Assembly (NCBI RefSeq): GCF_009914755.1
Contig: NC_060940.1
Strand: one strand, 5' to 3'
Length of the DNA stretch: 64,000 nucleotides
Origin: the human T2T-CHM13v2.0 reference genome, Homo sapiens
The notes beneath the pieces were generated by a model, which saw only the letters and a program-made list of their open reading frames with translations, was not told the origin of the DNA and did not search any database. Of the stretch, positions 15,701 to 28,813 are shown in pieces; the first letter of the stretch is position 1, and the number at the start of each line of letters is the position of its first letter. Position numbers and translations under genes: made by a program.

Positions 15701-18700
15701 TGGAATCGAATGGAATCATCATCAAATGAAATGTAGTGGAATCATCGTTGAATGGAATAGAATGGAACAATCAACGACTGGAACCGAATGGAATCATTGA
15801 ATGGAATCGAATGGAATCATCAAATGGAATTGAACGGAATAATCATCAAATGGAATCAAAAGGAATCATCGTATGGAAACAAATGAAATCATCATGGAAT
15901 GGAATCGAAGGGAATCACGAATGGAAATGACTGGAAACACCACTGAATGCAATCGAATGGAATCATCTTCAAATGGAATCGAATGGAATCATCGAATGGA
16001 CACGAGTGGTATCATCATGGAATGGAATTGAGTGGAATCATCATCGAGTGGACTCGAGTGGAATCATCATTGAACCGAACCGAATGGAATCATCGATTGG
16101 ACTCGGCCAGGATCATCATCAAATGGAATCGAATGGAATCATTCAATGGACTCGAATGGAATCATCATCGAATGGACACTAATGGAATCATCATCGAATG
16201 GACTCTAATGGAATCATCATCAAATGGAATTGAATGGAATCAAAATTGAATGAAATCAAATGGAATCATCATCAAATGCAATCAAATGGAATCATCATTG
16301 AAAGGAATCGCATGGAATCATTGTATGGAATCGAATGAAATCATCATTGAATGGAATCGAATGGAATCATCGACTGGAATTGAATGGAATCACCATTGAA
16401 TGGAATCGAATGAAATAATCATCGAATGGAATTGAGAGGAATCATTGAATGGACTGGAATGGAAACATCATCAAACGGAATCAAATGAAATCATCAAATG
16501 GACTCTAATGGAATCATCACCAAGTGGAATAGAATGGAATCATTGAATGGACTCGAATGGAATCATCATCAAATGGAACCAAATGAAATCATGAACAAAT
16601 GTAATCAAATTGAATCATCATCGAATGGAATCAAATGGTAACAAAGAATGGAAACGAATGGAATCATCATTGAATGTCATTGAATGGAATCATCAAATGG
16701 ACTCGAATGGAATCATCGAATGCACTTTAATGCAATCATCCTCGAATGGAATCGAATATTATTGTCCTCGAAAGGAATTGAATGGAATCATCATTGAGTG
16801 GACCCAAATTTAATTAGCATCAAATGGAATGGAATGAAATCATTTAAAGGACTTCAATGGAATCATCATCGAATGGAATCAAATGGAATCATCTAATGGA
16901 CGAGAATGGAATCATCATCGAATGGACTCTAATGGAATCATCCTCAAATGGAATCGAATTGAATCGAATAGAATCATCATCGAATGGAATCAAATGGAAT
17001 CATCATCGAGTGGATTCGATTGGAATCATCATCAAATTGAATCGAATGCAACCATCAACGACAGAAATTGTATAAAATCATTCTATTGAATTGAATGGAA
17101 TCAATGAATGGAAGTGAATGGACTCATCTTCGAATGGAATCGAATGGAATCCTCGTATGGAAGTGAATGAAATCATCATCAAATGGAATAGAATGGAATC
17201 GTCGAATGGAATAGTATGGAATCACCATTGAATGGAATCGAATGGAATCTTCATCAAATGGAATTGAATGGAATCATCGAATGGGCTCGAATTGAATCAT
17301 CATTTAATAGAATCCCATGGAATCATTGAAAAGTGTCAAATGGAATGATCATCGAATGGAATAGAATGGAATAATTGAATGGGCTCGAATGGAATCATCA
17401 TCGAATGGAATCAGAAGGAATCATTGAATGGACCCGATTGGAATCATCATCAAATGGAATTGAATGGAATCATCATGGGATAGAATTGAATGGAATCAAC
17501 ATCGAATTAAATCAAAAGGAATCCTCATTGAATGGAATTGATTGGAATCATCATTCGAAGGAATCCTCTTCACTGGAATCAAATTGAATCATCATCAAAT
17601 TGAATAGAATGGAATCATCATCGAATGGAATTGAAAGGAGTCATCATCGAATGGAATTGAATGCAGTAATCATTGAATAGCATCGAATGGCATCATCATC
17701 TAGTGGAATCGAATGGAATCATACAATGGAATTGAATGGCATCATCAAGGAGTGGAATCCAATAGAATCATCAAATGAAATTGAATGTAATCATCACCGA
17801 ATGGATTCGAAGGGAATCACGAATGGAAATGTGTGGAATCACCATTGAATGGGATGGAATGGAATCATCATCGAATGGAAACAAATGGAATCATCGAATG
17901 GACTCGAGTGGTATCATCATCGAATGGAATTGAGCGGAATCATCATCGAGTGGACTCGAGTGGAATCATCATCAAATCGAACTAAATGGAATCATCGAAT
18001 GGACTCCACCGGAGTCATCTTAGAATGGAATCAAAGGGAATCATTGAATGGACTCGAATGGAATCATCAACGAATGGACAGTAAGGGAATCATCATTGAA
18101 TGCATTCTAATGGAATCATCATCGAATGGACTGTAAGGGAATCATCATCAAATGGAATGGAATGGAATCATTGGATGGAATTGAATGAAATCATCATTGA
18201 ATGGAATCGAATGGAATCATCAAATGGAAATGAATGGAATCACCATTGAATGGAATCAAATGGAATCATCATTGAATGGATTTGAATGGAATCATTGAAA
18301 GGACTCCAATGGAATCATGTTCGAATGGAATTGAGTGGAATTATTGAACGGACTCAAATGGAAATGTCATCGAATTGAATCAAATGGAATCATGGAATGG
18401 ACTCGAATGGAATCAACATCGAATGGAATCGAATGGAATAATCATATGGACTCTAATGGAATCATCATTGAATGGACCCTAATGGAATCATCATTGAATG
18501 GAACCAAGAGGAATCATCGTCAAATGCAATTGAATGGAATCATCATCGAATGGAAACAAAATGACTCATCATCAAACGGAATCAAATGGAATAATCATCG
18601 AATGGAATGGAATGCAATCATCCAGTGGAATTGAATGGAATCAACATTGAAAGGAATAAAAAAAATCAACAATAGTAATTGAATAGAATCATCATCGAAT

Positions 18701-21700
18701 GGAATCCTCTTCGAATGGAAACTAATAGAATCATCATCAAATGGAATCGAATGGAATCATCATGGAATGAGATCTAAAGGAATCATCGTCGAATGGAATT
18801 GAATGGAGTAATCATCTAATGGAATTGAATGGAATCATGGAATGGACACGAATGTAATCATCATCTAATGGAATAGAATGGAATAAGCGAATGGACTCAA
18901 ATGGAATCATCATCGAATGGAATCCAATGGAATTATCAAATGGAATCGAATGAAATCATTGAATGGATTTGAACAGAATCATCAAATGGAATCAAATGGA
19001 ATTATCGAATGGAATCGAATGAAATCATCGAATGGATTGAATGAAATCATCGAATGCAATCGAATGGAGTAACTATCGAATGGAATTGAATTGAATCACC
19101 ATCGAATGGAATTGAATAAAATCATCACCAAATGGAATCGAATGGAATCATGGAATGAACTCGAATGGAATCATCCTCGAATGGACTCGAATGGAATCAA
19201 CACTGAATGGAATCGAATGAACACATTGAAAGGACTCAAATGGAATTCTAATCAAATGGAATAGAAGGGAATCATTGAAAGGAATTGAATTGAATCATCA
19301 AATGGAATCGAATGGAATAATCAAATGGACTCCAATGGAATCCTCATCCAATGGAATCAAATGAAATCATAGAATGGTATGGAATGCCATCATCGTCAAA
19401 TGAAATCAAATGGAATCATCATCAAATGCAGGCCAATGGAATCGTCAATGAATGGAATCAAATGGAATCATTGAATGGGATCTAATGGAATTATCATTGA
19501 ATGGAATTGAAGGGAATCATCAAAAGGAATAGAATTGAATCGTCAAATGGAATCGAATGGAATCATCAAATGGACGCGAATGGAATCATCATCGAATGGA
19601 ATCGAATGGACACTTCCAGTGGGCTCGAATGGAATTATCATAGAATGGAATCGAATAGAATCATTGAATGGACTCGAAAAGAAACATCATCTAATGAAAT
19701 CGAATTTAATCATTGAAAGGAATGAAATGGAATCATCATCTAATGGAATCATCTAAAGGACTGGAATGGAATCATCTTCGAATGGAATCGAATGGAATCA
19801 TTGAATGGACTTGAATAGAAGCATCATTGAATGGAATCAAATGGAATCGTCGAATAAAATAGAATGGAATCTTCATCGAATGGACTCGAATGGAATAATC
19901 ATGGAATGGAATCAAAAGGAATCATCCTCGAATGGACTCGAATGAAATCATCGAATGGATTCGAATGGAATCATCAAATGGAATTGTATGGAATCTTCAA
20001 ATGGCCCCGAATGGAATCATCATCAAATGGAATCGAATGGAAGCATTGAATGCACTCGAATGTAACCATGATCTAATGGAATCAAATGGAATCATCGAAT
20101 GGAATCAAATGGAATCATTGAATGCACTCGAATGGAATCATGATCGAATGGAATCAAATGGAATCATTGAATGGAATTGAATGGAATAATAATCGAATGA
20201 AAACGAATGGAATCATTGAACAACATTGAATGGAATCATCATCGAATGGAATCAAATGGAATCATCGAATAGACTCGAATGCAATCATCAGCGAATGGAA
20301 TTGAATGGAATCATTGAATGGGCTCGAATGCAATCATCATCAAATGGAATCAAATGAATTCATCATCGAATGGAATCGAAAGGAATCATCGAATGGAATC
20401 GGATAGGATCATCAAATGAAATCGAATGGAATCATCTTCGAATGGAATCGAATGAAATGATCAACGAATGGAATCATCATCGAATGGAATCAAATGGAAT
20501 CATCATTGAATGGTATCGAATGGAATCATCAATGAATGGAATCGAATGGAGTCATCGAATGAAATCAAATGGAATCATCATCAAATGGAACCGAATGGAA
20601 TCATGATCAAATGGAACCTAATGGAGTCATCATCGAATGGAATTGAAAGGAATCATCATTGAATGGAATCAAAAGGAATCATCATTGAATGGAATCAAAA
20701 GGAATTATCACCGAACAGAATCAAAAGGAATCATCATCGAATCGAATTGAATGGAATTATCATCGAATGGAATCGATTGGAATCATGGAATGTACCCGAC
20801 AGGAATCATCATCGAATGGAATCGAATTTTATCATCGAATGGACTGGAGTGGATTCATCATTGAGTAGATTGGAATGTAATCATCATCGAATGGACTTGA
20901 GTGGAATAATCATCGCATGGAATTTAATGGAATCATCATCAGAAGGATTTGAATTTAACCATCCAAGGGAATCAAATGGAATCATTATGGAATGGAATCG
21001 AAAGGGATTGTCATCGAATGGAATCAAATGGAATCATCATAGAATGGAATCAAAAGGAATCGTCATCGAATGGAATTGAATGAAATCACCATCGAATGGA
21101 ATCAATTGGAATCATGGAATGTACCCGAATGGAATCATCATCGAATGGAATCAAATGGAATCATCGAATGGACTGAAATGGAATCATCATTGAGTGGAAT
21201 CGAAACGAATCATCGAATGGTATCAAAGGGAATGATCATTGAATGAAATCGAATGGAATCCCCATCTAATGGCATCAAATGGAATCATCATCGAATGGAA
21301 TCGAATGCAATCATCAAATGAACTCAAATGGAATCATCATCGAATGGACTCAGACGGAATCATCATCGAATGGAATCGAATGGAATCATAATCACATGGA
21401 ATTGAATGGAGTCATCAACAAGTGGAATCGAATGGAATCATCGAATGGCGTCAAATGGAATCATCATTGAATGGAATCGAATGGAATCATCATCAAATGG
21501 AATAGAATTGTATCGTCATCTAAAGGAATGGAAGGGAATAATCATCAAATGGAATTGAATAGAATCGTCATCGAATCGAATCATCATCAAATGGAATCGA
21601 ATGGAATCATCATCAAATGGAATTGAATGGAATAATCATCAAAAGGAATTGAAGGGAATCTTCACTGGATGGAATTGAATGGCGTCATCATCTAATGGAA

Positions 21701-24139
21701 TCGAATGGAAAGGACTAGAATGGAATCATCATTCAATGGAATCGAAGGGAATCATTGAAAAGAGTCGAATGGGATCATCATCGAATGGAATTGAATGCAA
21801 TCATCATATGGACTCTAATGGAATCATCATCGATTGGAATTGAATGGAATCATTGAATGGACTCGAATGGAAACATCATCGAATGGACTGTAACGGAATC
21901 ATCATCAAATGGACTAGAAAGGAATCATCGTTGAATGGAATCAAACGGAATCATCATCAAATACAATTGAATGAAATCATCATCGAATGGAATCAAAATG
22001 ACTCATCAATGAATGGAATCAAATGGAATAATCATCGAATGGAATGGAATGGAATCATCCAGTGGAATTGAATGGAATCAACATCGAAAGGAATAAAAAA
22101 AATCATCGAAAGTAATTGAATAGTATCAACATCGAAGGGAATCCTCATTGAATGGAAACTTATAGAATCATCATCAAATGGAATCAAATGGAATCATCAT
22201 GGAATGGGATCTAAAGGAATCATCATCGAATGGAATTGAATGGAGTAATCATCTAATGGAATTGAATGGAATCATGGAATGGACTCGAATGTAATCATCA
22301 TCTAAAGGAATAGAATGGAATAAGCGAATGGACTCAAATGAAATCATCATCGAATGGAATTATTGAATGGAAACGAATGAAATCATCGAATGGAATTGAA
22401 TGGAATCATCAAATGGAATCGAATGGAATTATCAAATGGAATCGAATGAAATCATCAAATGGAATTGAATGAAATCATTGAATGGAAATGAAAGGAATAA
22501 CCATCGAATGGAATCGAATTGAATAACCATCGAATGGAATCGAATAGAATCATCACCGAATGGAATCGAATGGAATCATGGAATGAACTCGAATGGAATC
22601 ATCCTCGAATGGTCTCGAATGGAATCAACACCGAATGGAATTGAATGAATTCATTTAATGGACTCAAATGGAATTCTCATCGAATGGAATAGAAGGGAAT
22701 CATCGAATGGAATTGAATTGAATCAAAAAATGGAATCAAATGGAATCATCAAATGGACTCCATTGGAATCCTCATCCAATGGAGTCAAATGGAATCATAG
22801 AATGGTATGGAATGCCATCATCATCAAATGAAATCAAATGGAATCGTCATCGAAAGCAGTCCAATGGAATCGTCAATGAATGGAATCAAATGGAATCATC
22901 GAATGGGATCGAATGGAATTATCATCAAATGGAATTGAAGAGAATCATAGAAAGGAATCAAATTGAATCATCAAATGGAATCGAATGGAATCATCAAATG
23001 GACTCGAATGGAATATTCATTTAATGAAATCAAATGGACACTTCCAGTGGGCTTGAATGGAATTATCATAGAATGGAATCGAATGGAATCATAGAATGGA
23101 CTCGAATGGAAACATCATTGAATAAAATTGAATTTAATCCTTGAAAGGAATCAAATGGAATCATCATCTAATGGAATCATGTAAAGGACAGGAATGGAAT
23201 CATCTTTGAATGGAATCAAATGGAATCATTGAATGGACTTGAACAGAAGCATCATCAAATGGAATCGAATGGAATCATCAAATAAAATCGAATGGAATCT
23301 TCATCGAATTGACTCAAATGGAATAATCATGGAATGGAATCAAAAGGAATCATCCTCGAATGGACACGAATGAAATCATCGAATGGACTCTAATGGAATC
23401 GTTGAATGGAATTGAATGGAATCTTTGAATTACCCCGAATGGGATCATCATTGAATGGAATCGAATGTAATAATCATGGAATGGAATCAAAAGGAATCAT
23501 CCTCGAATGGACTCGAATGAAATCATCAAATGGACTCGAATGGAATCATTGAATGGACTCGAATGGAATCATTGAATGGCCATGAATGGAATAATCATCG
23601 AATGCAATCGAATGGAATCATTGAATGGACTCGAATGAAATCATGAACGAATGGAAAAAAGTGGAAACATCTAATGGAATTGAATGGAATTATAATCGAA
23701 TGAAAACGAATGGAATCAATGAATGACAACGAATGGAATCATTATCGAATGGAATCAAATGGAATTATCGTATAGACTCAAATGCAATCATCAGCGAATG
23801 GAATTGAATGGAATTATTGAATGGGCTCAAATGGAATCATCATCGGATGGAATTGAATGGAATCATCATCTAATGGAATCGAACAGAATCATTGAATGGA
23901 ATAGAAGAGAATCATCGAATGAAATCGAAAGGAATCATCTTCGAATGGAATCGAATGGAATCATCATCGAAAGGTATTGAATGGAATCATCAATGAATGG
24001 AATCGAATGGAATCATCAAATGGAATCAAATGGAATCATCATCAAATGGAATCGAATGGAATCTTCATCAAATGGAAATTAATGGAGTCATCATCGAATG
24101 GAATCAAAAGGAATCATCATCGAATGAAATCTTCATCGA

Positions 24140-24770
24140 ATGGAATCTAATGGAATCATCATCGAATGGGATCTAATGGAAACTTTGAATGGTCTCGAAT
24201 GGAATCAACATTGAATGGAGTCGAATGGAATAATCGAATACAAGCATCATCGAATGAAATTGAATGGAATCATTGAAAGGAATCGAATGGAATCCTCATT
24301 GAATAGAATCATTGAATGGAATGGAATGGAATAATCACTGAAAGTAATCGAATGGAATCATGGAATGAAATCGAGTGGAATCATCATCAAATGGACTCAC
24401 ATTGAATCATCGAATGAAATCAAAAGGAATCATCATCGAATGGAATCATCATCGAATGTACAATAATGGAATCATCATCGAATGGAATCTAATGGAAACT
24501 TTGAATGGTCTCGAATGGAATCAACATCGAATGGAATCGAATGGAATAATCAAATAGAAACATCATCAAATGAAATTGAATGGAATCAATGAAAGGAATC
24601 GAATGGAATCCTCATTGAATAGAATAATTGAATGGAATGGAATGGAATCATCACTGAAAGTAATCGAATGGAATCATGGAATGAAATCGAGTGGAATCAT
24701 CATCAAATGGACTCAAATTGAATCATCAAATGAAATCAAAAGGAATCATCATTGAATGGAATCAAATAGA
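24140..24770 (+). repeat. ~315-bp diverged tandem duplication within HSat2
   Basis: aactttgaatggtctcg at 24181 and 24497; cactgaaagtaatcg at 24337 and 24652. Confidence 0.8.
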
Positions 24771-26924
24771 GTCATCAAATAGAATCGAATGGAATCATCG
24801 AATGGTATCAAATGGAATCATAGAATGGATTTGAATGGAATTATCATCAAATAGAATCGAATGGAATCACCATCGAATGGAATCCATAGCAATTATCAAA
24901 TGGATTTGAATAGAATAATTGAATGGACAAGAATGGAATCATCATTGAACAGAATCTGATCAAATCAACATATGTAACCGAATGGAAATATAATCGAAAT
25001 GAATCAAATGGAATCATCTAATGAAATGGAATGAAATCCTCATCGAATGGAAATGAAACGAATCATCAAATGGACTCGAATGGAATCATCAACGAATAGA
25101 ATCGAATGGAATCATCCTCGAATGGACTCGAATGGGAGCATTAAATGGACACGAATGGAATCATTGAATGGAATCTTATGCAATCATTATCAATGGAATC
25201 GAAAGGAATAATCACCAAATGGAATGGAATAGAAACATCGAATGAAATCATATGGAATTATCATCAAGTGGAATCGAATGGAATCATCATCGAATGGAAT
25301 CAAATGAAATCATCATCGAATGGAATCAAATGAAATCATCATCGAATGGAATCGAATGGAATCATCAAGGAATGGAATGGAATGGAATCATTGAATGGAA
25401 TGGAATGGAAACATCATCCAATGGAAACGAATGGTATCATCGTCAAGTGAAACTTAATTGAATCATCATCGAATGGAACTGCATGGAATCATCATCGAAT
25501 GGAATCAATTGGAATCATCATCGAATAGAATCGAATGGAATCATCGTCTAATGGACTCCACTTGAATCATCAAATGGACACGAATGGAATCATTGAATGG
25601 ACTGTCATTCAATCATAATCAATGGAATCGAATGGAAAAATCATCAAATGGAAAGGAAAGGAATAATCATCGAAGGGAATCAAATGGAATCATCAACAAA
25701 TGGAATCGAATAGAATCATCTAATGAAATCAAATGGAATTATCATCGAAGGGAATCGAATGGAATCATCATCGAATGGAATCATCATCGAAAGGAATCAA
25801 ATGAATTCATCATAGAATGGAATTGAATGGTATCATCAACGAATTTAATCAATTGGAATCAAATGGACACTAATGGAATCATCATCCAATGGACACTAAT
25901 GGAATCATCATCCAATAGAACCGAAAGGAATTTCATTTCATCAAATGAAACGTAATGGAATCATCATCGAATGTAATCAAATGGAATCATCATCGAATGG
26001 CTTCCAATGGAATCATCAACAATTGGAATCGAATGGAATCAACAAATGGAATGAAATGGAATGACCATCTTATGGAATCAAAGGGAAACATCGAATGGAA
26101 GAGAATGGAATCATCGAATGGAATCGAATTGAATCATAGTATGGACTCGAATGGAATCATCATCAAATGGAATCGGATGGAGTCATCAAATGGACTCAAA
26201 CGGAAATATCATCGAATGAAATCGAATGGAAATTATCGAAAGGAACTGAATGGAATCCTCATCGAATGGTACCATCAAATGGAATGCAATGGAATCATCA
26301 TCGAAAGGAAACGACTGGAATCACAGAATGGTATCGAATGGAATCATAATCAAATGGAATAGAATAGAATCATCATTGAATGGAATCGAAAGAAAACATC
26401 AAATGCATTCGAACAGACTAATCGAATGGACACGAATGGAATCATCATCCAATGGAATCGAATAGAATCAATGAATGGAATCGAATGGAATCTAATGACA
26501 AATACTGGAAGCATTCCCATAGAGCAGGTTTGAAACACTCTTTTTGTTGTATTTGGAAGTGGACATTTGGAGCGCTATGAGGCCTAAGGTGAAAAAGGAA
26601 ATTTCTTCTCATGAAAAGTAGACAGAAGCATTCCCAGAAACTTGTTTATGATGTGTGTACTCAACTAACAGAGTTGAACCTTTCTTTTCATAGAGCAGTT
26701 TTGAAACACTCTTTTTGTAAAATCTGCAAGTGGATATTTGGAGAGCTTCGAGGATTTTGTTGGAAACGGGAATATCTTCATAAAAAAGTAGATAGAAGCA
26801 TTCTGAGAAATATCTTTGTGATGTTTGCATTCAAGTCACAGAGCTGAACATTCCCTTTCATAGAGCAGGTTTGAAACACTCTTTTTGTAGTATCTAGAAG
26901 TGGATATTTGGAGAGCTTTGAGGC

Positions 26925-26941
26925 CTATGGTGAAAAAGGAA
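26925..26941 (+). promoter_or_regulatory. pJalpha motif (A-box) of an A-type monomer; exact copies also at 27606, 28286, 28626, 29648
   Basis: ctatggtgaaaaaggaa matches CTAYGGTGRAAAAGGAA, at the position equivalent to the CENP-B box in alternate monomers. Confidence 0.75.
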
Positions 26942-28796
26942 ATCTCTTCCCATAAAAACTAGACAGAAGCATTCTCAGAAACTTGTTTGTGATGAGTGTA
27001 CTCAACTAACAGAGCTGAAACTTTGATTTGATAGAGCAGTTTTGAAACACTCTTTTTGTAGAATCTGCAAGTGGATACTTGGATAGATTTGAGGATTTCG
27101 TTGGAAATGGGAATATCTTCATATAAAATCTAGACAGATGCATTCTCAGAAACAACTTTGTGATGTTTGCATTCAAGTCACGAAGTTGAACATTCCCTTT
27201 CATAGAACAGGTTTGAAACACTCTTTTTGTAGTATCTGGAAGTGGACATTTGGAGCACTTTGAGGCCTAAGGTGAAAAAGGAAATATCTTCCCATGAAAA
27301 GTAGACAGAAGCATTCTCAGAAACTTGTTTATGATGTTTGTACTTAACTAACAGAGTTGAACCTTTCTTTTCATAGAGCAGTTTTGAAACACTCTTTGTA
27401 AAATCTGCAAGTGGATATTTGGATAGCTTTGTGGATTTTGTTGGAAACGGGAATATCTTCATAAAAAAGTAGATAGAAGCATTCTGAGAAATATCTTTGT
27501 GATGTTTGCATTCAAGTCACAGAGCTGAACATTCCCTTTCATAGAGAAGGTTTGAAACACTCTTTTTGTAGTATCTGGAAGTGGATATTTGGAGAGCTTT
27601 GAGGCCTATGGTGAAAAAGGAAATGTCTTCCCATAAAAACTAGACAGAAGCATTCTCAGAAACTTGTTTGTGATGAGTGTACTCAACAGAGCTGAAACTT
27701 TGTTTTGATAGAGCAGTTTTGAAACACTCTTTTTGTAGAATCTGCAAGTGGATACTTGGATAGATTTGAGGATTTCGTTGGAAGCAGGAATATCTTCATA
27801 TAAAATCTAGACAGATGCATGCTCAGAAACACATTTGTGATGTTTGCATTCAAGTCACGAAGTTGAACATTCCCTTTCATAGAACAGGTTTGAAACACTC
27901 TTTTTGTAGTATCTGGAAGTGGACATTTGGAGCACTTTGAGGCCGATGGTGAAAAAGGAAATAACTTCCCATAAAAACTAGACAGAAGCATTCTCAGAAA
28001 CTTGTTTATGATGTGTGTACTCAACTAACAGAGTTGAACCTTTCTTTTCATAGAGCAGTTTTGAAACACTCGTTTTGTAGAATCTGCAAGTGAATATTTG
28101 GATAGATTAGAGGATTTCATTGGAAACGGGAATATCTTCATATAAAAAGCAGACAGAAGCATTCTCAGAAACTTCTTGGTGATGTTTGCATTCAAGACAC
28201 GGAGTTGAATATTCCCTTTCATAGAGCAGGTTTGAAACACTCTTTTTATAGAATCTGGAAGTGGACATTTGGAGCTCATTGAGGACTATGGTGAAAAAGG
28301 AAATATCTTCCCAAAAAACTAGACAGAAGCCTTCTAAGAAACTTGCTTGTGATGAGTGTACTAAACTAACAGAGCTGAACCTTTGTTTTGATAGAGCGGT
28401 TTGGAACACTCTTTTTGTAGAATCTGCAAGTGGATATTTGGATAGCTCTGAGGATTTCGTTGGACAGGGGAATATCTTCATATAAAAAGTAGGCAGAAAC
28501 ATTCTCAGAAACTTCTTTGTGATGTTTGCATTCAAGTCACAGTGTTGAACATTCGCTTTCATAGAGCAGGTATGAAACGCACTTTTTATAGTATCTGGAA
28601 GTGGACATTGGGAGCGCTTTGAGGCCTATGGTGAAAAAGGAAATATCTTCCCATAGAAACTAGACAGAAGCATTCTCAGAAACTTGTCTGTGATGTGTGT
28701 GCTCAACTAACAGAGTTGAACCTTTCTTTTGATAGAGCAGTTTTGAAACACTCTTTTTGTAGAATCTGCAAGTGGGTATTTGGATAGCTTGGAGGA

Positions 28797-28813
28797 TTTC
28801 GTTGGAAACGGGA
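28797..28813 (+). promoter_or_regulatory. Intact CENP-B box
   Basis: tttcgttggaaacggga matches YTTCGTTGGAARCGGGA exactly. Confidence 0.9.

Larger units (their letters stand above)
1..26497 (+). repeat. Human Satellite II (HSat2/HSATII) array, diverged, left arm (GAATG strand on +)
   Basis: Continuous tandem 23/26-bp units such as gaatggaatcatcgaatggactc and gaatggaatcatcatcgaatggaatc. The reverse complement carries the CATTCGATTC and GATGATTCCATT motifs diagnostic of HSat2 rather than simple (CATTC)n HSat3. Frequent tcg>tca/ttg variants. Confidence 0.95.

Noticed and set aside
18651-18668. A-runs (also ~3115 and ~22090) as retrotransposon poly-A tails
   Set aside because: They are only ~6-8 A, sit in register within satellite units and are shared by paralogous blocks; there is no element body or TSD.
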